Part shown: piece after piece, positions 18,346 through 28,427 of the stretch
How positions within the stretch are numbered: the first letter of the stretch is position 1
Layout of the letters: the number at the start of each line of letters is the position of its first letter
Source: a virus
Lineage: Duplodnaviria > Caudoviricetes
Length of the DNA: 64,000 nt
Direction: 5' to 3' (one strand)
Virus record (IMG/VR): IMGVR_UViG_3300024229_000651
Notes under the pieces: generated by a model
Told to the model about the DNA's origin: nothing
What the model saw: the letters and a program-made list of their open reading frames with translations, nothing else
Database searches by the model: none
Translations under genes and position numbers: made by a program

Positions 18346-19444
18346 CGATCAGTTCTCCAGTGTCATTATTTTCAAATGCGCTATCATCTACATCACCTAC
18401 ATCAATATCATCTTTCTGTGGGTTCTGTCCCCATTCATCAATAATCAATTGGAGTTTTTCGCCTGTCCACTGCTTCCTAAACTCTTTGATAACTTCGCCT
18501 GTGATAGGGCTAGTGTACTCGAGTTTATTACCAGTTTTTTGCACAATGCCCTTTGCTTCAAACATCTCTAACAACCCACTATACGGGTTCATGCCTGATT
18601 CATAAGGAATCTTAATTTGTACACCCTCAAACGGTTTGCTGTAACGACTCTTCATTACTTTACATGCGGCACGAATACCTTGTACAGTTGAAGTTTTATT
18701 GCCGTCCTCGTCTTCCTTGAGTTTCAGTTTACGCATAGCAACAACAATACTACTTGCATAGATAAAGCCTTGACCGCCGCTGATTTTATCATCTGGGTCA
18801 AACATATCTTGCGATGCGTATGTGTGGTTAGTTGCAACAATACCTACTGGGAATGGTGCAATTTGGTTAACCATGTTACGCACTAGGGCAGTCAGAGCCT
18901 TTGGCTTTCTACCCATATCGCCTTTCATGTCGCCTTTTTCAAATTGTGCTACATCAGTTGGTGTAAGTAACATACCTAGACTATCAATAACAAATAACAA
19001 TTTAGGCATATCTTCATAATCTAAATCGCCATAGTTACTTTTATAGTCTTTCATAAAATCACTCAAGGTCTTAGCAACATCGTCAATCATGCTAACACCA
19101 ATTTTGAGTAATTTATCAGGTGTAGTATCTACTCCTAACGCTTGTAGCCAATCCTCATCAAGTGCGTTTTCGCTATCAAATAATACCACTTGGCATCCTT
19201 GATCTTGCGCTGCTTTAGTGATATTGCCGGAGCAGATAAAACTTTTACCTGATCCGGATTCACCTGCAAAAACACTAACCTTACCCAGTGGAATTCCTTT
19301 ATTAAAGTCACTACTGATTAAGTAATTAAGTGTTTTGTTTCCTGTGCTGATCCAGTCTTTAGGATCATGGAAGCCAGCACTAATGCCTGCAATAGACTTA
19401 GTGACTGACGTCCTGAACTTAGTCAAGTCGAATGGTTTTTGCAT
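18335..19444 (-). CDS. uvsX: UvsX/RecA-like recombinase
   Basis: AGESGSGKS, FDSENA, VIDSLG, TNHTY, SGGQGFIYASS. Confidence 0.95.
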   Translation of the reverse strand: MQKPFDLTKFRTSVTKSIAGISAGFHDPKDWISTGNKTLNYLISSDFNKGIPLGKVSVFAGESGSGKSFICSGNITKAAQDQGCQVVLFDSENALDEDWLQALGVDTTPDKLLKIGVSMIDDVAKTLSDFMKDYKSNYGDLDYEDMPKLLFVIDSLGMLLTPTDVAQFEKGDMKGDMGRKPKALTALVRNMVNQIAPFPVGIVATNHTYASQDMFDPDDKISGGQGFIYASSIVVAMRKLKLKEDEDGNKTSTVQGIRAACKVMKSRYSKPFEGVQIKIPYESGMNPYSGLLEMFEAKGIVQKTGNKLEYTSPITGEVIKEFRKQWTGEKLQLIIDEWGQNPQKDDIDVGDVDDSAFENNDTGELIDES

Positions 19445-19455
19445 AATTTAACTCC

Positions 19456-20484
19456 TTAACTACGAGAGCGAATCATATTTAAAATATCATCCGCGCTAGG
19501 CTTTTCGCCAGTTTGCTCTGCAGATGCTACTTCAGCTGTAGGCGTTGGCTCAACAACCGGTGTAGTATCTGCTACTGTTTCTACTACTGGAGCAGGTGCT
19601 ACTGGAGCAGGTGCTGCTACTGGAGCAGGAGCAGGAGCTGCCGCTTGTGCTGGCGCTGCTTGTGCTGGAGCACTAGATGCCTGTACAGCAGTGCTTGGAA
19701 CTTCTACGCCATACGGCTTGTAAAAGTTGCCCCACTGTTCTGGATCATACAAATCACCGTTTACACTTGCTTCAAACATCTGTGCAATTGCTTGGAGATG
19801 TGCTTGATCTGGTCGCTTAGGTAAAAACTCCTTCAGTGTATGCAAGCCGTTTGCATCAATTGCCGCAAGTTCAACTGCGTCTAATGCACGTTCTTTCCTA
19901 GAGTACTTTGATGTACTATAGTCAGCATACTGTCCTTTAGTAGTTTTAGTAACACGGAAGTCTGTACCGTTAACATAGTCAACTGGCAAGTTTTCCATAT
20001 CAGGATCCATTAATGCAGCCTTGATAATGTTAAAAATTTGAGGTGAAATAACAAATCTGCGAACAGGGTTGTCAGGTGCTGTTTCGTTTAAAGGATTATC
20101 TGTAACGAAACCTTGGAAAATATAGGAACGCTTCTTCCAATACTTGCGGCCCATGTCTTCTAAACTTGGGTCTTTAAACCAAGGACGAACCTCAGTTAGT
20201 ACTGGACAAGTGTCTCCGTACATTTCTGCACAAGGTACTTGTACAGTTACTGGCTTCATGTCGCCACCTTTTACTCCTGGGAAGGTCAAACGAATCATTT
20301 GTCGTTCTACCCAAAAGAAGTCATTGGTAGTGTCAGCATCAGGCAAGAAACGTAGTGTTGCACTTGTTCCTTCGTCGATGTTCCAGTGTGGATAAATTGC
20401 GTTGTCACTTTGCTGTGACGGTGAGTTGGAACCTTTTGATTCCATAGATTGTAGCTTTGCTCGAATTTCTGCTAAAGATGCCAT
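19456..20484 (-). CDS. gp32: Single-stranded DNA-binding protein (gp32-like)
   Basis: LRFLPD, CPV, YWKKRSY, GTDF, YADYSTS; Ala/Pro linker and acidic tail. Confidence 0.88.
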   Translation of the reverse strand: MASLAEIRAKLQSMESKGSNSPSQQSDNAIYPHWNIDEGTSATLRFLPDADTTNDFFWVERQMIRLTFPGVKGGDMKPVTVQVPCAEMYGDTCPVLTEVRPWFKDPSLEDMGRKYWKKRSYIFQGFVTDNPLNETAPDNPVRRFVISPQIFNIIKAALMDPDMENLPVDYVNGTDFRVTKTTKGQYADYSTSKYSRKERALDAVELAAIDANGLHTLKEFLPKRPDQAHLQAIAQMFEASVNGDLYDPEQWGNFYKPYGVEVPSTAVQASSAPAQAAPAQAAAPAPAPVAAPAPVAPAPVVETVADTTPVVEPTPTAEVASAEQTGEKPSADDILNMIRSRS

Positions 20485-20548
20485 AATGTTTTCTCCTAAT
20501 ATGTGCCATGTGTGTCGCTGCGTCTGGGTTTATGCAGTAACTTGGGTT

Positions 20549-20577
20549 ATAATATATTCTTTTAGCCATGTTGTCAA
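20549..20577 (-). promoter_or_regulatory. Sigma70-type promoter for gp32-uvsX-uvsY
   Basis: TTGACA-17-TATTAT. Confidence 0.7.
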
Positions 20578-20664
20578 CCTTTTTTTGTCTTACGACAATA
20601 ACCGCTGTCTTTGTTATGATACTATTTATTCTATGTTAAAAAATTATCAGTTTTTTTTGGATTA

Positions 20665-21933
20665 TCAATCACTTGTAACAAAAGTGTTCAAAAATGCTTC
20701 GTATTCCTTTGTTCTGCCTTCTGCTAAATCTTCTGCTATTGGTGAAGATGCAGGGTTTTGTGCTGAGAGTAACGATGCTTTTACAGCCCTATACTCCATT
20801 GCATCTAGTGTGCCTCCATTAGATAGTTTGCTACCAATACTACCTAAGTACCTTGACAACTGCTGATCTTTTACAACTGAACTCATCTGGCCTACTTGAT
20901 AGCCTAATCTAGATCGCGGGTTTTCAAACTCTACACCGCTTTCTGCAATCATATCTTTTAGGTCGCCAAACGACTCATTAGATATAGCAGACATAATATA
21001 ACTTTCAAATGCATTTCTTCTATTAACCAAATGCTTAATAGTGTCTACTGCATTAGCAACCTTGTCGTCAAAGTGAGTTTGAGTAAAATGCTGTTCTAAG
21101 TCAACTTCTTGTATGAGCTCAACGCTACTGTGATCTGTAACACTTTCAACTGCTGACGCATATGTTTTAACACCGCTTAATTTTTTAAATGTTTTTCTAA
21201 TTTCTTCAATATTTTCAAAAGCAAGAGTAACATATTCTTGATTGCTTTCTGTTACTAAATTATTGGTCTGGACATAACGTACAAACTCTCGTAATGTTTT
21301 TAGATCGCCGCACATAGCAACAATGCTTTCACCGATATTATCGTGCATTGCTCCGCCATTATGAATATGTCGTGCCATTGCCCTTGCGCCAGCTAAATTT
21401 TTACTTGGGAAGGCAAATCGCTCTTCTCCTCGTTGTATAAAAATTTTACTAATATTCCTACTTCTTGCTCCGCGCACTTCTTCATTTACTGGCTTTGCAT
21501 GTCGAACAATTATCTTAACATTATCCAGTGGCTGGTAGCTTGTTTTTACGCTTCCGGTCATTGTGCCGAAACCTTCCATTACGCCTGATTCTTCCATTTT
21601 ACTCTCTTTTTTAATATTTGTGGATTCACTACTTGGTTTAAGTGTTTTTCCAAATACTCTAAAATCTGTTGTCATTAAGTATGTTTTTGCAAGATTTGTT
21701 AGTTGCTCTCGAAGTTTATCTGTTTGCTCTGTGTTTTCTGACACACTGAGTCTTATCTCATTATCTTCGACATTTAGTGTTACAAGCAAATTGGGGTCTT
21801 CTACAAAAAATCTAAGTGCTTCTGCTGGATCGCCGGTTACTTCACCTGCACTATCGAAAATATCGACAGAGAATCCAAAACCTTTTAAAAGCCCGTATAC
21901 TTTATCTGCGACTGTTTTTACACTAATAGCCAT
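20665..21933 (-). CDS. Hypothetical late protein, probably head morphogenesis
   Basis: 422 aa; GATAAATA at 21955-21962 and AGGAG SD; next to terminase. Confidence 0.6.
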   Translation of the reverse strand: MAISVKTVADKVYGLLKGFGFSVDIFDSAGEVTGDPAEALRFFVEDPNLLVTLNVEDNEIRLSVSENTEQTDKLREQLTNLAKTYLMTTDFRVFGKTLKPSSESTNIKKESKMEESGVMEGFGTMTGSVKTSYQPLDNVKIIVRHAKPVNEEVRGARSRNISKIFIQRGEERFAFPSKNLAGARAMARHIHNGGAMHDNIGESIVAMCGDLKTLREFVRYVQTNNLVTESNQEYVTLAFENIEEIRKTFKKLSGVKTYASAVESVTDHSSVELIQEVDLEQHFTQTHFDDKVANAVDTIKHLVNRRNAFESYIMSAISNESFGDLKDMIAESGVEFENPRSRLGYQVGQMSSVVKDQQLSRYLGSIGSKLSNGGTLDAMEYRAVKASLLSAQNPASSPIAEDLAEGRTKEYEAFLNTFVTSD

Positions 21934-21988
21934 AAACTAAAAATCTCCTAATAGTATTTATCATTTCAGACTATTAATATAGTCGTTA

Positions 21989-23587
21989 TCACAGGACACC
22001 GATTGGCATTGGCCCTTCATCGGATCCGTCATCGTATTCATTATAATTGTATGTTGTTCCGTCACCGATATTGCTGTGGATGACATCGTACACTTGGTCT
22101 TCAAATGTTCCGATAAATGATATCATTCGACATGCTATTAACATGCTCATGACTAAGTCATCTTTTGCACCTGATTGTGCTGCAAATGATGTGCCATTTG
22201 ACACAAAGTTTTTTAGCTCAGACAATAAAGGCTTGCTTGCTATCGTTAATTTATCTGACTCTATTAATCTTTTTAAAAGTATACACCCTTCCATTTTAGT
22301 TTTACTACTAGTATGGAATCCTTTTCTTCCACGATGTCCTTGTACTTTAACAGGATCATGCAACATTTGGCCTGGAAAACTTTCTTCGCCTGTTTCCCTA
22401 ATTACTAAAAGGGCCGCTTCGCCGATGGTGTTATTTTCTACAGTCCAATACAAATCTGCAGGATCGTACTGTTGTATCTCTTGTAGTATGCGTCTGAACA
22501 AAATTAATTGTTTTTCTACAGGAGTTTTATTATGGCACCATTCTGCAACCTGCGTCATACTGGGTAGTTCAACTACTTGTATAGCTGCATTATCTCTACC
22601 TGTGCCCGACGAAGGATCTAATGTAACGGCATATATGTTACCGGGAGTTGGGCGTTTGTACCACCGAATATTTTCAGCTGAGTACAAAGGGTCTGCTCCT
22701 TCTAATGCATTAATCTTTAACGGGTCGATGAGTGTTTCGTTATATATAACAAACTCACACTCGTGTTCTCTCCTAAAACGTTCTTCGCCTAAACTGGCTC
22801 TTTCCTGTCTAGCCCAATTATCATCCCGTTCCGGGTGCTGGTCCCAAGTTGCAAGATAACCTCTAAAGCCGTTAACGCCAACTGGAGTTTCGAATCCAGA
22901 CTCGTCAAACGTACTATTCGCACCGTACCATATATTAGCAAAAGTATCTTCGTCACTGTTAGGCGTACTAGTAACAATACACTTACCGCCCGTAGCAAGT
23001 GTAGGACTCAGAGACGTCCAAAATTCCGCAGCAATTCTAGGTGGAACAAACGCAAACTCGTCCAAGTACACAAGTGTCAAAGACATACCACGACCAGTTG
23101 TTTCTGTTGTGGTACTTGCAACTATTCTACTACTGTTATCAAAAGTAATGCTGCCTTTGTTGTATTCTGTCACTCCAGCTCTAATGTGGTCTGGGCAACT
23201 CTCGTATGCATATCTAATACGTTGCATAATTTCGCTGGCGCCAGTTGCTTTGTGTGCTGCAACAAGTATTGTACTGTCAGGCTTAAACATAGCATACCAC
23301 AGCAAGTATCCTGCGGCTACAGTGGTTTTACCCATCTGTCTGCCCAGCATATTAATACTGTAACGATATTCATTATAGTTTTTAATAAGATCGAGCTGAT
23401 ATTCGTAAGGGTCAAAATCTATGCCGCCCCTAGTTGGGTGTTGTATTTTAACAAAATTTTCCATAAAATACAACGGGCCGCTATCGTCATCTGCGCATTT
23501 CTTAAATTCTATGAGCATATCCCCATCGTAATCAATTTTGAGATAGGGCGGTTTGACAAGTTCTGTGTTTGCTGTTCCTTTTGGCAT
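21989..23587 (-). CDS. gp17: Terminase large subunit (gp17-like)
   Basis: PYEYQ, GRQMGKTT, YLDEFAF, TSTPN, FRREHEC, TLDPSSG, DDLVMS. Confidence 0.95.
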   Translation of the reverse strand: MPKGTANTELVKPPYLKIDYDGDMLIEFKKCADDDSGPLYFMENFVKIQHPTRGGIDFDPYEYQLDLIKNYNEYRYSINMLGRQMGKTTVAAGYLLWYAMFKPDSTILVAAHKATGASEIMQRIRYAYESCPDHIRAGVTEYNKGSITFDNSSRIVASTTTETTGRGMSLTLVYLDEFAFVPPRIAAEFWTSLSPTLATGGKCIVTSTPNSDEDTFANIWYGANSTFDESGFETPVGVNGFRGYLATWDQHPERDDNWARQERASLGEERFRREHECEFVIYNETLIDPLKINALEGADPLYSAENIRWYKRPTPGNIYAVTLDPSSGTGRDNAAIQVVELPSMTQVAEWCHNKTPVEKQLILFRRILQEIQQYDPADLYWTVENNTIGEAALLVIRETGEESFPGQMLHDPVKVQGHRGRKGFHTSSKTKMEGCILLKRLIESDKLTIASKPLLSELKNFVSNGTSFAAQSGAKDDLVMSMLIACRMISFIGTFEDQVYDVIHSNIGDGTTYNYNEYDDGSDEGPMPIGVL

Positions 23588-23592
23588 ATTGC

Positions 23593-23600
23593 TATTTATG
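23593..23600 (-). promoter_or_regulatory. Late-promoter motif 5 nt before terminase ATG
   Basis: CATAAATA GCAAT ATG. Confidence 0.65.
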
Positions 23601-24468
23601 TACTGACTGCTTCCAAACTCGTGAAAACTAAGCTCTCCTCGAAAAGATCATACATATGCTTTTGAATATCGACTTCATGCTCTACAAACAGTTGGTGCAT
23701 AGAATTTTGCGAAGAGGTTTTGTCAAAATAATCATAGACAATTTTTTTGTAATAATTATCAGCACTAATTACTTTTTCCCATACATCGTCTGGCAATTTT
23801 ATATCAAACACACTGGTAATAAAATTAGCATGCTCTAAAATAGAGGGGTGGAAGTCTGAATAGTCTGGGTGGAACTCAGTGATCACTGAATCTCGTTTGT
23901 TGTCTATATTATTAGACCAAAGAACTTGGTAAAAGCTATCTGTTAAAAAAGGAGTTATGTGCGGTTTATAAAAGTCTACTATAGAGGCAAATCTAGAGGA
24001 TTTAGTTATTTCTGTTTCCCATTGGTCGAGAGATTCAAACATGTCGACCATTTGTAAAAATTTAAAATTAGTTTTATACTGCAATAACTGCGAAGATGCA
24101 TACACAACTGTATAATCTCTTAATGCAGAATTACAATCGTTAACGTAATTTTCTACATAGTTGTCATTATATAAACTCTGAGTGTATACGTTGCCGGGCG
24201 TGATCCATTTGTCTGTTTTGTCAAAGAAACGATCTTCGCGACGAATATTTGTCCACTGCACAATTACAAGGTCACGTTTAGTAAATTTATAGTGTATATC
24301 AGCTTGTTGTAATTTTGTAAAAATAAACTGATTGCCGGCGCCGCCTGTGGCGTAATTATAATATTCTATGTTGGGGTTAGCTGTAGCGAGTATATCGGCC
24401 CAAGTAGGATAACACCATTGAGTGAAACTACAGCCGAATACAAACAGCCGATCAATTTCGGAAAACAT
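23596..24468 (-). CDS. SGNH-hydrolase-like protein (paralog of 2038..2844)
   Basis: LFVFGCSFT, GAGN, VQWT, C-terminal DFHP. Confidence 0.5.
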   Translation of the reverse strand: MFSEIDRLFVFGCSFTQWCYPTWADILATANPNIEYYNYATGGAGNQFIFTKLQQADIHYKFTKRDLVIVQWTNIRREDRFFDKTDKWITPGNVYTQSLYNDNYVENYVNDCNSALRDYTVVYASSQLLQYKTNFKFLQMVDMFESLDQWETEITKSSRFASIVDFYKPHITPFLTDSFYQVLWSNNIDNKRDSVITEFHPDYSDFHPSILEHANFITSVFDIKLPDDVWEKVISADNYYKKIVYDYFDKTSSQNSMHQLFVEHEVDIQKHMYDLFEESLVFTSLEAVST

Positions 24469-24947
24469 TAGCGGCTGTTTCGTAAATAGTCTCTAAGACG
24501 GTCTCTCAAGACACCTGTGATTACTGATTTATCTGTAGTTGTAGGCATAGAACTATGTGCGTCTGGGTCCATTTCTGTAGGTGGTTCACACGGCATTTCT
24601 TCTTGCTCTGGTTCTACTTCTTGCGCTGGTTCTTCTTGCTTAGGTAATGTAATGCCTGCTAGTTTAAGTACATCATGCAGTTCTTGCATACTTTCTGCTC
24701 TTGCACTCACTGTAACACTAGCTGATCCTTTGCTCTTCGTTTTGGTATAATTAACACTTTCTGTTTCTTTCGGTTCTGTTTCGGATTGTTGATCTGTTGG
24801 CATTACCATCGGTAATCCTTCTTCTACTGGGTCACAATCACATTCACCTGGAGGACATGTGCAGTCTGCAGATCCGCATTGTGGGCATTTTTCGCCCTCA
24901 TTGAACTCTTGTTCAAAAATATCTAATAAATCACGCATGCTTGCCAT
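24468..24947 (-). CDS. Hypothetical acidic virion-like protein with Cys-rich motif
   Basis: CPQCGSADCTCPPGECDC; coupled to neighbours. Confidence 0.6.
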   Translation of the reverse strand: MASMRDLLDIFEQEFNEGEKCPQCGSADCTCPPGECDCDPVEEGLPMVMPTDQQSETEPKETESVNYTKTKSKGSASVTVSARAESMQELHDVLKLAGITLPKQEEPAQEVEPEQEEMPCEPPTEMDPDAHSSMPTTTDKSVITGVLRDRLRDYLRNSR

Positions 24948-24948
24948 C

Positions 24949-25644
24949 TTAGTGCCTCAGTCCTTGATCATGTAAACTGACCATTTTATCGTCTGGGCCG
25001 CCTGCTCCGCCATGTGCAAGTCCAGTAATTGAATCGTGCATTGCGCTCAAATCGTCACCCATTAATTGATCTTTTGTAGGGTATGATTTGAAGTAATCCT
25101 CGCCCTTTTCATCTCTAATTCTTTTTAGCTCTGCAACAAATTTGTCGCTGTAGCCTTCGCCGAATGTACTCAAGTCGTCATCAACGGAATCCTGTTCATC
25201 GACATAATGTGCCATATCGTCCTTAAGGAGTTCTGCTTCATCCGCATTAACAACACGGTCCTTGTCTCTGCTAACTCGATCTTCTGCCATTTCAGACTCA
25301 ATACGCCTAGGATCATTTACACCATAACATAATACACGATCATGTGGTACGTCTAAATTAACAGATAACCATACTTCTAATATACGCTGGTTTACAGGAT
25401 ATTTTAGGATAACATCTGTACTACATACTTCGCTTGTGAATGTGGAGCCTTTCAGTCTTTGAAATTCCATAGGATTTTCTTGAATAGGTAATCTTTTCCA
25501 TGGGGTGGTACTTACCAAATTATATTTTTGTAAGCACGACTCTAGCTTGGACATGTCGTCTGCTGTGCAGTCCTTAGCAAGTTTGATCCGATAACCGTAT
25601 TCTTTACTAAAGGATTCGTTTATAATATCTTTTAGTTCTCTCAT
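24949..25644 (-). CDS. Hypothetical late protein
   Basis: GATAAATA at 25669-25676, GAGGAG SD; N-terminus MRELKDIINE. Confidence 0.7.
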   Translation of the reverse strand: MRELKDIINESFSKEYGYRIKLAKDCTADDMSKLESCLQKYNLVSTTPWKRLPIQENPMEFQRLKGSTFTSEVCSTDVILKYPVNQRILEVWLSVNLDVPHDRVLCYGVNDPRRIESEMAEDRVSRDKDRVVNADEAELLKDDMAHYVDEQDSVDDDLSTFGEGYSDKFVAELKRIRDEKGEDYFKSYPTKDQLMGDDLSAMHDSITGLAHGGAGGPDDKMVSLHDQGLRH

Positions 25645-25668
25645 AAGTGTAAAACTCCTCGTTACACT

Positions 25669-25683
25669 TATTTATCATAAATA
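25669..25683. promoter_or_regulatory. Back-to-back late-promoter motifs
   Basis: TATTTAT-C-ATAAATA perfect inverted repeat between divergent genes. Confidence 0.65.
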
Positions 25684-25691
25684 GTAAAAGT

Positions 25692-26327
25692 ATGTACATT
25701 AAGATTAGACCAGACCAATTCAACCGTATGAGATCGTGGACTGTTCCACTAGAAAATCAGTGTTGCCCTAATATCAAATTGTTAAACAAATTTGATCAGA
25801 CTGGTTACGACTTATGTGAGCTAGAGCAACAATATGCCGCAATAAACACAGACATTGTTACTAAAATGAGATACAAAAACTCTATACGCAAAGATTGGTT
25901 AGAGTTTGACATTTTAGATCGAGGTGCGCACATAAACCATGCAGACTTATACGAGAGAAAAGGATTCGGTGGATACGCATTAGAACAAATAAATCATTGG
26001 GCTCCGTGCTGTCCTATTTTGTACAAACTTTCCAAATTAAAAGGAAAATGGGGGATAGATCTCAGCATAGATTATGTTGATAATCAGGGTAATGTATTTG
26101 AATTGTTTCACTACGAATGGGACGACTTTGAGTTATCGTCTGTACAAGATAAAAAAGAACAGATTGAAGAGATTTTGCTCAACACCGATTGGGATGATGT
26201 TGCATTAAAAAAATTAGCTAGAAAAGACGAATGGAAGAACTTAAATTTCTTTGAGCAAAGTGCTTGGACTACAAAATTTTTGGGTTTGCCGGAAGAGAGA
26301 TATAAACTTAATCCTTGGAATTTATAA
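25692..26327 (+). CDS. Hypothetical protein
   Basis: 211-aa ORF 8 nt after CATAAATA. Confidence 0.7.
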   Translation: MYIKIRPDQFNRMRSWTVPLENQCCPNIKLLNKFDQTGYDLCELEQQYAAINTDIVTKMRYKNSIRKDWLEFDILDRGAHINHADLYERKGFGGYALEQINHWAPCCPILYKLSKLKGKWGIDLSIDYVDNQGNVFELFHYEWDDFELSSVQDKKEQIEEILLNTDWDDVALKKLARKDEWKNLNFFEQSAWTTKFLGLPEERYKLNPWNL

Positions 26328-26802
26328 TTTTTAGCAATTCGTTCCTGTCTAACGAACCACCAGACCCTGCATCACTAGATTTACCAACATTATTCCTGTC
26401 TAACCGCTCTTTCTTAATCATAAGATCAATTTGTCGCAACTTTGCAGTAATTTTACTATCCCTTGCTTGCAGTGCGGTAGTCAACATCTTACTTGCGCTA
26501 TCAAAAATGCTTCCAGCTTCTCTGTCACCTACATTCATACCTAGATTCATTAGCTGCTGATAACTGTCGACTGCTTGTTGAGCAATATCATCCATCTCAT
26601 CACTGTGGTCTTCTAACCCTTTTACACTAGACAGAGCTTTATCTATTTTTTCAGCGTTAGTAAGTGCACGTTGCACTTCTTCGACACTGATAATTTCTGT
26701 AGATTCGACTTCGTCGGGCATATCAAACAATTCGTCATCTGATTCTATAGATGTTTGAGACATTGGCGGTAAATTAAATTCTTCTTCGAGTTTCTTAGTC
26801 AT
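26308..26802 (-). CDS. Probable terminase small subunit (gp16-like)
   Basis: Helical protein with gp16-like central helices; start reset to MTKKLEEEF, 5 nt after CATAAATA. Confidence 0.5.
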   Translation of the reverse strand: MTKKLEEEFNLPPMSQTSIESDDELFDMPDEVESTEIISVEEVQRALTNAEKIDKALSSVKGLEDHSDEMDDIAQQAVDSYQQLMNLGMNVGDREAGSIFDSASKMLTTALQARDSKITAKLRQIDLMIKKERLDRNNVGKSSDAGSGGSLDRNELLKIINSKD

Positions 26803-26807
26803 AACAG

Positions 26808-26822
26808 TATTTATGATAAGTA
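26808..26822. promoter_or_regulatory. Back-to-back late-promoter motifs
   Basis: TATTTAT-G-ATAAGTA; each half is 5 nt from an ATG (26802 minus, 26828 plus). Confidence 0.65.
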
Positions 26823-26827
26823 TTATC

Positions 26828-27502
26828 ATGATAGGGATAATTGCAGGCTACAGGACGGGGTCTACTACACTCATTCACGAGTTAAGTATAACACAGAATC
26901 TAACTTACGAACGTGAACATACTGGTGAGCTAGACTTTTATACAAACCTATTCAGTTACCCAACGTCTATAAATCAGATATATAAAATAATGCCAACTGA
27001 TAATAATCTTAGTGGGGAGACTAGAGAGTTATTTTATAAACACTGGCTAGACAATAGTTCTAACTTATTTTACACTGTAAGACATGATCTCACTGCTCAG
27101 ATAAAAAGTTGGGCATTAGCTAGTATAACACATCGCTTTCACCCGTTTGAATTATCTGAGGTTCCTGAGATTCATATTAGACATCTTGATACTGATTCAA
27201 TTCATGTTAGTAGGTATAACAATGCAAACAATACTGAATTTGAGACTATTCAAGAATGTCAATCTCATATAGACAACACATTTACTGAATCATTATTACT
27301 TTCTTTTGGGGGTCAAATTATAAGCACCATTAAGAATCAATACGAAATATATCGAAAGTATAAAGGCACAGTTTGTTGGTTAGAAACTAGAGAAAAAACT
27401 AATATTAAGAATAATAAGAAATATTCAATGGTTTTTTCGTTGCCAGCAGAGTTCGAGTCGTGGCATTGTGGTTCTGTTGGTGAACAACATTTTAAACAGT
27501 AA
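26828..27502 (+). CDS. Sulfotransferase-like P-loop protein
   Basis: IIAGYRTGSTTL resembles the 5'-PSB motif; YTVRHD resembles the 3'-PB Arg. Confidence 0.45.
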   Translation: MIGIIAGYRTGSTTLIHELSITQNLTYEREHTGELDFYTNLFSYPTSINQIYKIMPTDNNLSGETRELFYKHWLDNSSNLFYTVRHDLTAQIKSWALASITHRFHPFELSEVPEIHIRHLDTDSIHVSRYNNANNTEFETIQECQSHIDNTFTESLLLSFGGQIISTIKNQYEIYRKYKGTVCWLETREKTNIKNNKKYSMVFSLPAEFESWHCGSVGEQHFKQ

Positions 27503-27516
27503 ATTTACCTGCTGTA

Positions 27517-27984
27517 TTACTTTCTGCGTTTGCGTTTTGGAGTGGTTCGTTTCTTAGGATTATTTCTAAAGATTTGGTCTTCCGTAATTACCTTAAAGTG
27601 TATGCCTTTATTTTTAGCCCACTCCATTGCAGCGGTCCACTTAACTGCATTAACTTGAGTAGCCATTTTGTCACCGGGGCCTTTAGCATTTTCGATTACT
27701 GTTTGGCTTTTGGGCTTAATTTCAATTAGCTCTACTCGAGTTTTGCCATTTTTATCTTCGTATTGTACCATAAAGTCGGGTACGTAATTAGTTATTTTAC
27801 CTGTAAACGGATGTCTATAAGGTATTTTAACATTCTCGCTTGCCCATTTCTTTATGTTAGGATGTTGATCGCAAAAACGCATAAAGGTTGTTTCCCAGCT
27901 ACTCCGTGCAAAGGGAGGTTTTGTGCCGGCGTACTTTTCTGGGTTTTGTATTGTATAAATACCTTGCGAATATTTAGAAGCCAT
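27517..27984 (-). CDS. gp4: Head completion protein (gp4-like, TnsA-type nuclease fold)
   Basis: RSSWE, WASE..IPY, YVPDF, EIKPKSQT, VNAVKW, FKVITE. Confidence 0.88.
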   Translation of the reverse strand: MASKYSQGIYTIQNPEKYAGTKPPFARSSWETTFMRFCDQHPNIKKWASENVKIPYRHPFTGKITNYVPDFMVQYEDKNGKTRVELIEIKPKSQTVIENAKGPGDKMATQVNAVKWTAAMEWAKNKGIHFKVITEDQIFRNNPKKRTTPKRKRRK

Positions 27985-27989
27985 TCGTA

Positions 27990-28421
27990 TTATGGCCTTA
28001 TGATTTTAGCAACTCTGCTTTTAGAATTATCTTTTAACAATGATAAGCCTACTAAATTGCCTTTAGGCCGAACAGTGTTCAACGCAGAATATGTGTCTGC
28101 TGCTAATCTGATAGCATCGTCATTTAAGTCAAAATAACTCATAGGATGTACTCCTTGCATCTTTGCGATCTTTATTAATGCTATAGCTAGAGCGTTTGTA
28201 GTCAACTCACCGAAACCAATATTAGTTAGCCGGGCTTTAACAGCATCTACACGAGTTGCTTCGATGCCTTCCTGGTCTGGATCAAGCATAGATGTTAATA
28301 TGTCTACACTAGCTTCAGGAATAGGAAACGCTACAGTACTGTTTTGTAAAAACTTTACCAGCTTTCCTCGTCGAACAGTGTAACTTACTTCATTTCCAAA
28401 TGTTTCGTATAAACTTTGCAT
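27990..28421 (-). CDS. Hypothetical protein
   Basis: 143-aa ORF in late cluster. Confidence 0.65.
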   Translation of the reverse strand: MQSLYETFGNEVSYTVRRGKLVKFLQNSTVAFPIPEASVDILTSMLDPDQEGIEATRVDAVKARLTNIGFGELTTNALAIALIKIAKMQGVHPMSYFDLNDDAIRLAADTYSALNTVRPKGNLVGLSLLKDNSKSRVAKIIRP

Positions 28422-28427
28422 AAATTA

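Noticed and set aside
20485-20548. T4 gene-32-style autoregulatory pseudoknot
   Set aside because: Only a 4-bp CTGC/GCAG stem was found; no convincing second stem
22047-23665. Long plus-strand ORFs (270 and 276 aa) opposite terminase
   Set aside because: Antisense shadows of a clear terL; no SD, promoter or motifs
27517-27984. TnsA-like transposase / mobile element
   Set aside because: Motifs and context fit the gp4 head-completion protein; no TnsB/C or terminal repeats
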